A stretch of DNA of 64,000 nt, taken from NCBI RefSeq assembly GCF_009914755.1, contig NC_060947.1. One strand, 5' to 3'. The notes below the pieces were generated by a model. It had not been told where the DNA came from and made no database searches. It worked only from the letters and a program-made list of their open reading frames with translations. A program made the translations under genes and the position numbers. Below, piece by piece: positions 45,075-58,760 of the stretch; position 1 is the first letter of the stretch, and each line of letters opens with the position of its first letter. This DNA comes from the human T2T-CHM13v2.0 reference genome, Homo sapiens.

Positions 45075-45150
45075 TATTTATTTTCCCCAGCTTTATTGAG
45101 GTATAATTGACAAATTAAATTGTATATATTTAAGGTGTACAATGTGATGC
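45075..45150 (-). mobile_element. L1MA-type extreme 3' end (~75 bp)
   Basis: CAGCTTTATTGAGGTATAATTGACAAAT...TTTAAGGTGTACAATGTGATG. Confidence 0.8.
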
Positions 45151-45157
45151 TTTTCCC

Positions 45158-45287
45158 TAATTTTTTTTGTAGAGATAGTGTCTCGCTTTGTTGCCCAGGC
45201 TGGTCTTGAATTCCTGGACTGAAACAATTCTCCTGCTTTGTATTCCCAAAGTGCTGGGATTACAGGAGTGAGCCACCACATCCAGCC
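45158..45287 (-). mobile_element. Alu left monomer (FLAM-like)
   Basis: Single reverse arm. Confidence 0.88.
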
Positions 45288-45436
45288 AATCTAATTATTT
45301 TTCAATACTTGAATTTGAAGGAGAAAAGGCAAGGTGCAAGAAGCCATTTATTCAACAAATGGAGGTAAGATAATATGAAAATAATTCTGGAAAAAGATGA
45401 CATTGAACCCTAATGCAAATAATGAAATGACCTATG

Positions 45437-45726
45437 CTGGGTGCAGTGGCTCACACCATAATCCCAGTGCTTTGAGAGGCCAAGGCAGGAGGATCATTTG
45501 AAGCCTGGAGTTCCAAACTAGCCTAGGCCAGCATAGCGAGACCCTATTTTTACAAAAAAAAATGAAAAACTTAGGTGGGCATGGTGGCAATCACCTGCAG
45601 TCCCAGCTACTCAGGAGGCAGAAATGGTAGGATCTCTTGAGTCCGGGAATTTGAGGTTACAATGAGGTATGATTACACCACTGCACTCAAGCCTAGTTGA
45701 AAGAGTGAGACTCTGTCTCTAATAAA
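45437..45726 (+). mobile_element. AluJ
   Basis: Diverged dimer; TSD AAATGA(C/T)CTATG. Confidence 0.92.
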
Positions 45727-46586
45727 TATATACATAATTTTGAAAAGAAAATGATCTATGTAAGATTCTTTCCTGCAAACGTATTTTGATAAGTCAGAGG
45801 AAGGAGACAGTGTGAATGCCTGAAAGGCTAAGGGCTTGAAGTTTTGATTGGGGAGAGGCCAGGAATACCCACGGCCAACAGTCTCCTTCATGAAAGTACA
45901 GACGGCTGGCTCACTGTGAGGAAATTTTTAAGATCTTTAGAAATGTTATGACAAATACAAAAACCTTTTGCTCCTGAGACAGTGACTCTGGAGATGAATG
46001 TTGTGCGAGGAGATATTTACTTGCCTCTTGAGGAAGTTCCTTTCACAAGACCCTTACCCCTCCATTGCACACCTTTTCAGTGAAATAGCACTAGAGATAA
46101 AAAAAAGAATGCTGTGCCCTTCAACCAAATGGGAAAGAAGTGTGGACTAGATTCATCCAATGGGGACCAGAGTGGCCACAGAGAGAGATAGCGTTTATGG
46201 CAAACTTGAAGAATAACAATCAGGAAGACCAAGTTAAGTTACCAGTCCCATTGTAAGAAAAAGTCAACTTCTGCAGGACAGGAAGCTCTCACTGAATAGA
46301 GCTTTTGGCAAGGCCTGACAAAACAAAAGCTGTCATCCCTACTGAAGTGAGGTCAACATGGAGATATGAGGAAGGGGCCATTTCACTTTTTCCTTGACAT
46401 GTTATTCAGTAAGTATGTGTGAAAATGGTCTGAAAAGCAACATTCCTTCCCCAAAGCCTAATGCCTATCAAGACACCTGGGTCACAGCTTCCAAAGCACC
46501 AAGATATCTTTAGCCACCCCAAAGGAGAAAACTTCATTTTGTGCACAGTCTAAAAGGTTTGAGACCTGAGTTCTGGGATAACTTAA

Positions 46587-46902
<316 letters not shown>

Positions 46903-47009
46903 CCAGGTATCCAACTCTTTTATAGGCCAATAGTCAGGCCCATTAGTGTGAGAAGCCAATCAACACTGAATAGGCAGAATAGATTCAGTCTGCCCTATTT
47001 ATTCCTCAT

Positions 47010-47300
47010 CATGGCATTCATTATTTAGCAAACAACTACTTACAACTCTGCAGTCCAGGAATAGAGCTGGGCCTCTAAGCAATAAAGGTGAATAAATTGT
47101 TGTCAAGGGACATACATTCTAGGAGAGAAGGACAGACATCTACAAATGCAGTAAAAAAACAGTATGTGCTTTAAAAGCGGTGTGAATTATGTGCTATATC
47201 ATGTTATGTAAAGCAGAGATGATTTCTGCCTTGGGAAGGAGGGGCTGGGAGAGACACAGGGAAGCTCAACTCGGAAGTTGATCTTGAGCTGAAACTGAAA
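47010..47300 (-). mobile_element. L2 fragment
   Basis: CATTCATTATTTAGCAAAC...TTGAGCTGAAACTGAAAGG. Confidence 0.55.
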
Positions 47301-49390
47301 GGTGGAAATACTCTGTCTGAACGTGGTTTATTCTCTTCTATTATTTAGCTATTTATTTCAGGGAATGTAGTTCTGGCCTAGCCCCATACCTGGACCACTC
47401 TGCCACACACACACATATTTGGTCGGTTCTCCTCCCCTTAGTCTGTTCCACCGACTAACTGTTACTGCCAGCTTCCCAGGCTCTCATCCCCCTCATGCTT
47501 CCTCTATCTATTTATTGGTGCTTAAAATCACCTGTTGCAACAGTAATCCTTTGGGAATTAGGGTGACACATGAAGCAAGCTGTTTATGCCAACTCACAAC
47601 ACTCCCCTCTGACAAGATACTGTCTTGCATCAAACAAACTTTCTATGACTGAAGATAAGTTGATAATGACAGAGTCCAAATTTAAAGGAGCAACAACTGC
47701 CCCTCCTCCCCCTCAAAAAAAAGAAAAAAAAGAGAAGAGAGGAAAATTTCTTGCCCCATTCTAGACACAGAAGCCTGTAAAAACTGAGTAAGGATAAAAA
47801 ATACCCTTCTACAGTTTGAGATGCCCAAGGGAAGAGTAACAGTTTAGTTGAGTGGCAAGTACATATGATAAATACTTAAGTAAACATCACTTCATGCTAC
47901 AAAATGTCTGGTTTATTTATCTATTTACTTATTTATTTATTTTTAACTTATTTATACACTGTACTGCACTTGCTTCTGAAAAGATTTGATACAATTTATA
48001 GTTTTTAAAGTGCATGGATACATGTACCAAAGATGATGAAAATAAAGCTATAACTTACATACATCAAATCTCTAATAGAGACAGGAAAAGTGAATTTATC
48101 GGGAATCAGGGATGAAATAACTACTATTCAGTATTCAATAATCAAGTATTCAGTTTCCCTCTGAACATCCTGAGGGCCAAAAATAGCCAAGCCAAGGCAA
48201 CCCCTCCCCCTAAAAAATCCATAGCTCTTGCTGTCTCAACAACTCTGATTCTTCCATAGAAATAAACTTTTTCCAGGTACTAAATTCAAGATGGCATTTC
48301 TCACAAGAGTTCTTAGTTAAAGACAAGGAATATTGCAATAATTTTCAATCATTCTCTGAAAGATACAGAATTGCTTTATGTGACCATGTATTGTACTACC
48401 TCTCAATAAAAGTCACAGATATTATGTCCAACTGTATTTAGAGGACCTGAGGGAGTGTCTGCTTAACATCTTAGTGGCTGTCTCTCAAATATCTTCAACT
48501 ACTCTTTCACAGCAGCTGACCAAAGTCATTTCAAGATGGAGTTCACCGGTGAGTGCCTCAAACACAATGTTTGAGATAGGGGTCAGCATGCCTGTGTAAC
48601 AGAAATTGGGGAGCCAGGATAGTGAAAATGAAGGAGCATGGTATACAGTTTATCATTCACACAGCTGGTTGGCAGGACCAACTTCTGTGTGTGTGTATTT
48701 TTTACTTTTTTAGCAAGAGTGGCCACTCTGCACAAAATGTTAAGAGAAACCAGAACTTCCCAGGGCAAGACCGTGTGTCCCATGGGTACTCTGAACTTTC
48801 CCATCTCTTTCTTTCATCAAATTTTGCCTGTCCTATTTCTGTCAGTGCAATTCTGCTTATTAACAGTTATTCCGTAAAAATAATTCTAGTTGTCCAATAA
48901 AGATTCAAATGAACAGATAAATATTAGTCAGTATCTCCATAAAGCAGATCCAATGTATTACCATAGAGTAAAACTACAATCAACATCCTAACGCCACAGT
49001 AAAATAAACTAGAATTTTAAGGTCATCGTTCCCTGCCTTAGCAATATATATTCAGCTTGACCTTGAAAAGTGACTAGTCTGCAGAGCTTCCTGTTGATCA
49101 GTGTTTCCTATCAATGGAGGTAGAATCTGGTATAACAAACAGATTGTACAGAGATGGTAGGTCTAATTGTTTCTACTGTGAATGAAATTTAACAATGATT
49201 CTGTTGACTCATAACTCCATCAACAATTTGAGGTCTCATTCCTATACCCTATCTTGCCTTTCAGTCTTCCAAATGGAAGAAAAAACTGGATCCATTCCTT
49301 ACACCACAAACCACAAACCAGGATAAATTCCAAATGAATTAGAGACTTCAATGTAAAAATAGAAATCATTTTTTAAAAATAAACTCTTTC

Positions 49391-49495
49391 CTACTTGGGA
49401 GGCTGATGCAGGAGGATACCTAGAACTCAGGAGTTCAAGGCTGCAGTGAGCCATGATCATGCCACTATACCCCAACCTGGGCACTAGAGTAAGAC
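49391..49495 (+). mobile_element. AluJ/FRAM right-arm fragment
   Basis: CTACTTGGGAGGCTGA...GCAGTGAGCCATGATCATGCCACT. Confidence 0.88.
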
Positions 49496-49918
49496 AGAAG
49501 AAGAAGAAAAGAAGAAAGGAAGAAAAGAAGAAGAAGAAAAGAAAAAGAAGAAAAGAAGAAGAAGAAGAAGAAGAAGAAGAAGAAGAAGAAGAAGAAGAAG
49601 AAGAAGAAGAAGAAGAAGAAGAAGGAGGAGGAGGAGGAGGAGGAGGAGGAGAAGGAAGAAGAAGAAGAAGAAGAAGAAGAAGAAGAAGAAGAAGAAGAAG
49701 AAGAAGAAGAAGAAGGAGGAGGAGGAGGAGGAGGAGGAGGAGGAGGAGGAGGAGGAGGAGGAGGAGAAGGAGAAGAAAAGAAGAAGGAGAAGAAGAAGAA
49801 GAAGAAGAGGAAGAAGAAGGAGAAGTAGGAGGAGGAGGAGGAGAGGAGGAGGAGGGGAGGGGGAGGAAGAGGAAGGAGGAGGGGGAGAGGAAGGGGAGGG
49901 GGGAGGAGGAGGAGGAGG
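49496..49918 (+). repeat. 423-nt polypurine compound repeat including (GAA)23(GGA)9GAAG(GAA)20(GGA)17
   Basis: Only one pyrimidine (T49826) in the tract. Confidence 0.98.
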
Positions 49919-49941
49919 CGCTTAACAAAAATGTGTCTTAA

Positions 49942-50262
<321 letters not shown>

Positions 50263-50289
50263 TAATAAAGGAAACTAATATTAGGTTAC

Positions 50290-52360
50290 CTGCAAGATGG
50301 TTAAACATACTTTATTAAAAACTGAAACTCATAATTACAAAGTTAATTTGGGAGAAAGAAACAAGTAAGAATAGGCAAGAAACTCCTGAAAAATAAGAGC
50401 CCAGGGGAGGAGCACTAACTCCATCTGATATTAAAATATACCATTAAAAACCTCTATAATTACAATTGAATGATAAGACAGACCAATAATAGAATATAAA
50501 ATATAGAAATAGATCTAATTACATACGCAAGTTTGGTTTATAATGAAATTAGCACCTCAAATCAGTGAGGAAAACATAGACTTCTTAATAAATGCTATTG
50601 AGATAACTAGACAGCCATAAGGACAAAGGATAAAATTGGATCCATTCCTCACACCATAAACAGGATAAATTACAACTGGATCAGAAATTTAAATGAACAA
50701 AAAACAATATCAGTAGTAGAAAATATGTGTGAACTTCTCTATAACCTAGGAAAGAGAAAATTCTATGACTCAAAATTTAACAGCAAAAGAAGATAAATTT
50801 GATTACATGAATTTTTTTCAACTTTTGCATGCCAAAAAACCATAAGCAAAATCAACAGATAAAGACAGAAGATGTTAATATCCAGTTCTGAATTTGAAAT
50901 GAAAATATTAGTCGAATGTATAATAATTTCCTAGCTTTGTTCACTGAAAAGATCTGGAAACAATATTCAGCTCAGTATTAATGAGCATACCAAATGCCCT
51001 GATTTTGGTATCTAATAATATTTTTCATTAAAAGGAACCATTTCTCCTTGAAGAAGTGGCTGATTTCAGGACTGAGCGGGAAATGTATATGTTGAGACTG
51101 GAACATCTTGTTACACCAGACATGAAGGAAGCTATGAAAGGCTTCTAGGACCATGTCAAAAGGAGTCAGAAGCCAGATTGAAAAGTCCCAGTTGCCAGAG
51201 ATGGGACAATTCCAGTATCAATAAAAATACTAGCTTCAGTGTACTGAAGCCCATCAAATATATTTAAACCTATGAGTTCATTATGAGGCTAAAGGAAATA
51301 AAAATTGGTCACTGTTGGAGGAAGCAAGTAAACCAATTCATTATTTTGAAAGATGGCAAATAGGGGGAAGAACTCCAGCACTCATCCTGCCTTGCCTATA
51401 TACCCTGTAACTCAAGGTAACCAAATAGGAGATATAGGAAAGTTTTATTTATTATGGAAGTATTCCAGCTGATAAAGAAGGGATGATAGAATTAGAACAT
51501 CACCATTTTGCAACCTTTAATGAGTTAATGTATGTAGATACTGAACATCAATGGTGGGTGACTAACATTCTAAGAGACAACCAGACCTTGTGCGCTTCCT
51601 GATAGAAAATCAACAAAACCACATAGTTGGAAACTTCAGGACAAAGGATACAGTTTCATGAACAAATAAATTACAATAAATTAAGAGATAGAGAGACAAT
51701 GTATAGATTAAAAGAATTAAGATACCTAGAAAATAATCACAAAATCTGGTTCTTTTTTGGGTGCTGAGTTAAACAAACAAGCAATGGAGAAAATGCCATT
51801 CATGGGGCAATTTGAAATATGAACACTGACCCAATATTTGATTGTTTAAGAAATTATCAACTTGCAGGTGCAATAGCAGTATTATGGTTATTTTTAAGTG
51901 TCCTTATCTTTTAGAGATACATACTAAAACGTTATTGATGAACTTTATTTCATCAAATTTAATTCATCAAAATACGATGTTATTGATGAACTTTATTTCA
52001 CCAAATTTAATTTGTCAAAATACTATTTTGCCTTGAAATAATAAAGGTGGGGAGAAATGGGCGAGGGTAGAGATGAAACAAGACTGACGGTCAGTTGATA
52101 ATTGTTGAAGCTGGGTGATAATTACATGAGGGCTCATCACACTAGTAGTAGAGTGCTGGATCTCCACCTTCCTGCTCACAAAAGCCCATTTTTTTTAATT
52201 TCCAAGAATTTTGTCATCACAGTCATAGTTTGAAATTGACCATGTTGGGAGTATGTACATCATGAAAATCAACACATGCTAAAAATCAGCCTCCTCCCCA
52301 AAAGCCAGTGGTCAAAACATTTACCAGCACACTACTGCTACTCTGTCTACTTTTGTACAT
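50290..52360 (+). mobile_element. L1MC-like ORF2 end and 3' UTR; final bases resume at ~54298-54340
   Basis: Homologous to 4500-5000; ends CTCTGTCTACTTTTGTACAT. Confidence 0.75.
52146..52337 (+). mobile_element. MER63A-like hAT element
   Basis: TIR-like TAGTAGAGTGCTGG / CCAGCACACTACTG; TGTTGGGAGTAT...AAACATTTACCAGCAC. Confidence 0.7.
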
Positions 52361-52365
52361 TTCTT

Positions 52366-52460
52366 ACTCAACAAATATTTATTGAGCACCTTCTATGTGC
52401 CAGACACTGGGCTGGATGCTAGGAATACAGGAGGGAACGAAATAGACACCATCTCTGCTT
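52366..52460 (-). mobile_element. L2 3' end
   Basis: CAACAAATATTTATTGAGCACCTTCTATGTGCCAGACACTG. Confidence 0.82.
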
Positions 52461-52810
52461 GTATTGATTTCCTAGAGCTACCATAACAAAGTACCATAAA
52501 CTGTGTGGCTTCAAACAAACAAATTTCTTCTCTTGCAGTTGCAGAGGCTACAAGTGCAAAATTGAGGTGTTGTCAGGGTTATGTTGTTCCCTCTGAAACC
52601 TGTGGAGGAGTCCTTCCTTGCTTCCTCCTAGTTTCTGGTAGTTTACCAACCATCTGGCCTTCCTCTGCTTGCAGCTACATAACTACAATCTCTGCTTTTA
52701 TCATCATACAGCATTTTTCCTATGTGTCTGTGTCTTCACACAGCCATCTTCTTATAAAGACACCAGTCATATCGGACTAGGGGCCCACTCTACTCCAGTA
52801 TCACCTCATC
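52460..52810 (-). mobile_element. MaLR LTR (MLT1C-like), incomplete
   Basis: TGTATT...CATAACAAAGTACCA...CTTATAAAGACACCAGTCATATCGGACTAGGGCCCAC. Confidence 0.82.
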
Positions 52811-53030
52811 TTTTTTGTTCTGTTTTTGTTTTGTTTTCTTTGAGACAGGGTCTCACTCTGTTGCCTAGGCTGGAGTGCAGTGATCTTGGCTCATTGCATC
52901 ACTGCAACCTCCACTTCCTGGGCTCAAATGATCCTCCCGCCTCAGCCTCCCTAGTAGCTGGGACCACAGGTGTGCTCCACCATGTCTGGCTAATTTTTTT
53001 CATTTTTTGTAGAGATGGGGTTTCACCACG
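52811..53030 (-). mobile_element. Alu (5'-truncated, J-like)
   Basis: Right arm plus part of the left arm; ACCTCAT on both sides. Confidence 0.88.
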
Positions 53031-53049
53031 TCACGTGGGCCAACCTCAT

Positions 53050-54292
53050 TTTTTAAATTAATTTTTAATTTTGTTAGAAAAAAACAGAAAACGTATTGGT
53101 GGAAATGTAAATTGGTATGGTCATTAAGGGAAATGGTATGAAGGTTCCTCAAAAAAATTTAAAATAGAACCATCATATGACACAAATGAAATCAGCACCT
53201 CATAAAGTCATCTGTGCTCCCACATTCACTGTAGCATTATTCACAATACCCAAGACATGGAAACAACCAAAGTGTCTGCCCACAGATGAATGGATAGAGA
53301 AATTGTGGTATACATATACAGTGGAATATTATTCAGCCCTCAAAAAAGGAGATCCTGACATTTGCAACAACATGGATGAACCTGGAGGACATTATGCTAA
53401 GTGAAATAAGCCGGACACAGAAAGACAAATACCACATAATCCCACTTATGTGTAGAATCTTAAAAAAGTGGAATACATAGAAACAGAGAGTAGAACAGTG
53501 GTTACCAGGGGCAGAGAGCTGGAAGGGAGGGGAAATGGGGGCCTATAGATCAAAGGGTATAAAGTTGTAATTATGTGGGATGAATAAGTCTAGAGATTTA
53601 ACGTACAGCATAATGACTACAGTTAGTAATATTGTATTGTATACAAGAAATATGCTCAGAGAGTAGCAAGAGTAGAAGGAATAAGGTGCTCTTACCACCA
53701 AAAAAGTAGCTATGTAAGACGTATAGGTTAATTTGCTTGACTGTATTAATTACGTCACTTGGTATCATTGTATAGAAAAACATCATGTTTTATGCTTTAA
53801 AATATATACAATATAAATAAATAAAACAAATAAAAATAAATGTTCCTTCTTAATCATTTTTAAGCATAATATTTAACAGTGATAAGTATATTTACATTGC
53901 TGTGCAACAGATCTCTAGAATTTTTGCACCTTGCAAAACTGAACCTCTATACCCATTTCCCCTAGCCCCTGGCAACCACCATTCTACTTTCTGTTTCTAT
54001 GAGTTTTACTCCTATAGATACCTCATATGAGTAGAATCATATAGTATTCATCTTTTTCGTTATTGGCTTATTCCATTTAGCATAATGTTCTCAATGTTCA
54101 CCCGTGTTGCAGCATGTGACAGGATTTCCTTTTTAAAGGCTCAATAATATTCCATTGTATGTATATACCATGTTTTCTTTATCCATTCATCTGTCGATAG
54201 ACACTTAGCTTGCTTCCACCTCTTGGTTATTGTGAATAATGCTGTATTGAACATGGGAGTGCTAATATCTTTTTGATATCCTGCTTTGAATT
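53050..54292 (-). mobile_element. L1MB-like 3' fragment (split by L1MA)
   Basis: CCCTGGCAACCACCATTCTACTTTCTGTTTCTATGAGTTT; T-rich tail at ~53050-53075. Confidence 0.8.
53092..53838 (+). mobile_element. L1MA-like 3' fragment nested in L1MB
   Basis: GGATGAACCTGGAGGACATTATGCTAAGTGAAATAAGCC; A-rich tail. Confidence 0.85.
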
Positions 54293-55167
54293 TTTTTCTT
54301 TTGTACATGTTTTGATATTCCAATAATAAAAGTAAAAAATATGTAAAGAAATAGAAAAAGGACTATAATTCAGGGAATAAAATACATGGAAAGCATAACT
54401 AAATTATGATACAAATGGGATTTTTATAAGTATTAAACTCAATTTTTTAAATAAAGAAATAGTCTATCTTTTCAACAGTTAAGTATTGATCTTATCTAGA
54501 AATAGAAGCAACTAGAACTAAATGAGATTTTCTAAGCGAACATTGCTTTTTGCAAAATAATTGTAATCGATGTACATGTATCAAATAGCAATTCTTCATT
54601 CTAGCATATAAATCAATGAAAGTAAAAATGAATTTTCTTATCATATTCATTTTCCAGCACATAATGTTGGTATTCTGTTTTATGTACAGGAACAAACACT
54701 TGAATTGGATGCCTAATGATTCCTTTGATTGTGAATACTGAATTGTAATTAAGATGCATAAACTTAGCTCCCATATTTGTGTTGTCTCAGTATTTGTGAG
54801 GATGTAAATTCAAACATTTCTAAGTTTCAAAATAATTGTGATTATTAGAGTTGAAGTGGCTCTTTTCATTTTTGTATTTTGCCGGGTTTTATGTCAGCAT
54901 AAATTAGCATAAAATAAGTAGTGAATGATAGGGTTGAAATATGGTTATTCTTTTCATCTAATGCGTTACAATAGAGGAAAATAAAACAATCATTAGTGAG
55001 TGAATGGGAAATCAGATGGAAGAGATTTAGAGTACCAGTGTTCTGTGTTTCAATAGTTTAAGAACCCAATATATGCTTCAGAATTATGAATATTTGTTTC
55101 CACAGAAAGTCTTCCGAGGCTGCCCTTTGTTCATATGACTTGGCTCCACATTTGTTAATTTTCTACA

Positions 55168-55460
55168 TTTTTTTTTTTGAGACAGAGTCACACTCTGTCA
55201 CCCAGGCTGGAGTGCAGTGGCGCAATCTCGGCTCACTGCAACCTCCGCCTCCTGGGTTCAGGCTATTCTCTTGCTTCGACCTCCTGAGTAGCTAGAATTA
55301 CAGGCACACACCACCATGCCTAGCTAATTTTTGTATTTTTAGTAGAGACGGGGGTTCACCATGTTGGCCAGGCTAGTCTTGAACTCCTGACATCAAGTGA
55401 TCTGCCTGCCTCATCCTCCCAAAGTGCTGAGATTACAGGCGTGAACCACCATGCCCAGCC
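55168..55460 (-). mobile_element. AluSx-like
   Basis: TSD AATTTTCTACA at 55157-55167 and 55462-55472. Confidence 0.95.
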
Positions 55461-56549
55461 CAATTTTCTACAAATTGTAGATAATAATATGATCCTAGAA
55501 ACTATACTGTTTTTTTATTCTTGATCTTGTATGCCTTCAAGATATATGCATGCCATTCCCATGTAGGCCTAGAGAACTCAAGGAATTGGTATTAAAATTC
55601 ATGCCTTCAGCAAATTTTATTTTCTTAGATACAAATGCAATTTGGTCCACATTCCAGGGGAAACCTGTGAGGATGTAGAGCTACAAAATGGCTGCAGATA
55701 TCTAAAAGATTAAAAGCATGCTTGGGCAAATACCTATTCAGCAGGGGCACATAATGAACAATTATGTTGATACATCCTCTGTCTCAATAACACGGCCAGG
55801 GGCGCAGGCACAATGCAGAGAGCATGCTGGGGGGACTCAATAGGCCACTGGGAGAACAGAGCAAGCTGATGGGGAAATGTGCCATGGACCGCTTCAGTCT
55901 TTGCCTACTGGCTACCCTAACCTGCTTAGGAGTACTACCCCACACTCTACAACAGTGGCAGAACTAAAATTTAAAAAGTAAGTTTGTAGACAGGCAGCAG
56001 CCAGAGGTTAGAAAAGAGAACTAAAGCCCTTGCAAATCTGGCCTGGAGCATGCCAGCCTATAATTTTTCTGCTAGAAACTGGCTATGTAATTCTTCTCCC
56101 AGGGTACAGACTTGCCACCTGTGCTCTCCTCTAATTATCTTTGATCAGGTTTATGCAGTAGGAAGTTATGTTTCAGTGGCTGTGATTGGGCCCAGGGCAT
56201 AGCTAAGTCTATAATTACTAGCTGGTTAAATCAGAGCTCTTCTGGAATTTAGCAGCCATTTGTGTAAACTGCCTCAATATTTTTAGACTGCAAACTTGTC
56301 CTTTTATGCCTCTGTAGGAACTCAGAGATGAACAAGTAATAGTTAAGAAAAAGCAAATTTTTCAGTGAATTAACAAATGTGCAGAACTAAGAGAGCTAGC
56401 CACAGACAGGAAAAATGAGTAATCACTGTAGACAGAAGTTACATACTCCCTCAATAACCTTTCATGAGGTAGAAAGACATGCTTTTAAGGGTACTTCCAA
56501 TTTTGGAATACCAATACTTTAAAATGTGTTCCTCCAATTGGCCACTGAG

Positions 56550-56790
56550 TATATTAGTTGAAAGACAGCTTTCAGAAAACCCAGATTCAAATCTCAACTC
56601 TTCCACTTATTTTCTAGCTGTGTGATGTTAAAGGAAATCATTTCACCTCTCTGATCCTGATTTCTCATTTTAAAAAACTTCCTAACAATACCACAGAGCC
56701 GTTGTGAAGATCAAATGAAATAACATAGAACATTCAGCACCATTCTTGGTACAGTAATGGCACTTAATAAATGCTTGGTGATGAAAATAA
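56550..56790 (+). mobile_element. MIR
   Basis: TAGCTGTGTGA...CACCTCTCTGA...GTTGTGAAGATCAAATGA. Confidence 0.75.
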
Positions 56791-58199
56791 TAATAAATTC
56801 TATTATTAAAGTAAACAGGTTTTCTGGGGTCCCTAGGAGAGAAGGGAGATTCCTTTGCCTGTGTCCCCTCTCATCACCCCCACCCCTTGATTGCTAATTA
56901 GAATTACATGGCAGAGTTAATAAGGGGAATTCTTTCCAGCTGAAGTGAGCGAGCCATGTTTCTCCTTGAGATTGAGAAAGGCTATTCCCAAATGGTGTGC
57001 TCTTTTTCTCCCTTTATAATGTCCCTGAAATGGTACAGTTGATGAGGTTAAAGAAAATGGTACATAAACAACAAGATAATTATTTCCAAAGGACATGAAT
57101 ACTCATATAATTTAATGCAGGTGGTGCTTAATAAACAATCCTTTCACTGAGTAAACAAAAGAGGGAAATTGTGAGTAATTTAGAGACATCTAAGTGAAAT
57201 CACTTATGGTTCCTTATGCATGTATATCTTATGACTTATCTATCTATTTTACTGCTCACCTCTCAGATATGTGCCATTGGAAGAACGTGGCAACACAAAT
57301 ACATGCAAATATCCTTAATCAAATGCATATGTGTAGATCCTGCACTTTGCCTAGAGAGGTGAATAAAAAGAATTGGAGTCACTTGTTTATGCACTTGGGC
57401 AGCTGTGCTGTTGGACCAATGCCACACTGATTCCCCACTGAAACAAAGGAAGCAAACTCTGTTTTCAAGAAAATAATGCCTAACACTTTGGCCAAACAGT
57501 TGTCTCCAAATGTTAACCTCCTTAAAGAACACCATGGTAATTATGAATGTACGATTAAACAACATTTGGAAAGATTACCTGTGTGGGTGAGAGATATTTA
57601 ACTTTTCTCATCTTAAGCCACCAGTACTGTGGTCATTTACTTGGGCTTTAAAGGGCAATGCCTGACATTTGGCCTTTGGTGGATTTTACAGGCCGCTTGT
57701 AAGCTTAAAGGTTTTGCCTGGTTAAATCAAGTTTTATCACAGAGGCTATTTGCAACTTTATGCTCTGTCTCACAGAAATGTCAGTGTTTGCCTTTGCTCT
57801 AAACTGGGCATAGAAACTCAAGGAACATCCCAGACTAGCTCTGAAAATAGAATATCCTTGGCTTTAGGTCTATGTTTTAAACGTACCACAAACAACCTGT
57901 ATGAAGCATTCATCTTCACTAAGAATGCTGTAAGGCTTCTGGATGACCGAGCAACAAGTCTTTTGGGAGAGACTAAATGCTCATAACTCTCCGCCACATT
58001 GTAAATTGCCAATGTGTGTTCCTTTATTCTCTTCCTGGGGGAGGAAAAACATCTTTGATAATAAGCTTGAGAAATACATTTTCTATGGATTCTGTGGAAA
58101 TAACTATCTCATTCAGTATGGGAAGTTGAACCTCAGCTGGGCTTGCACTGCAGCTTGGCAGGCTTCTTGTTGACTCCCTCGGGAATTTCTTAGAACAGT

Positions 58200-58727
58200 T
58201 GTTCTAAATCCAAACTGTTTCCCCTGCTCTCAAGCCCCCAGTCCTACTCCAGCTGTCCCTCTTCTCACATATGACCTCACCACCTACTTCACTGCAAAGA
58301 CTCTGGCCATTCCCCTTCTTCAAACTGCATAATGCATAACGCTTTTGCCTGAACTCTACAACAACCCTTCTGTCTCAAAAAAAAAAAAAAAAAGAGCACT
58401 GTATCTCAGGTATGTCCTCTACTTGGATACTTGATCCCAAGCCCTCTTCGCTTCTAAGAGAACTTGTTCCATTATCTATTTTTAGTGGCTCCTTCACCAA
58501 GGTCCATGTTCAGAGTTCTCCCTACTTTTGACCCAAGTTACCATCCTATTTCTCACCTTCTTTCCATAAGCCAGATTTCTCACTGACTCCTTTCTCAGCA
58601 TTGGGTCACTTCCTAACCCTTTGCAACCTAGTTTCCACCCGCCACTCTATGACACTGTATTCAAACTGCTGCCTTGAAAGTCAGCAATGACATAACCATA
58701 GGCAGATTCAATGTTTTGTTGTTGTTG

Positions 58728-58760
<33 letters not shown>

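Noticed and set aside
46965-47000. Short imperfect hairpin (TAGGCAGA...TCTGCCCTA) as a small RNA precursor
   Set aside because: Stem is too short and imperfect for a pre-miRNA; no snoRNA or tRNA motifs
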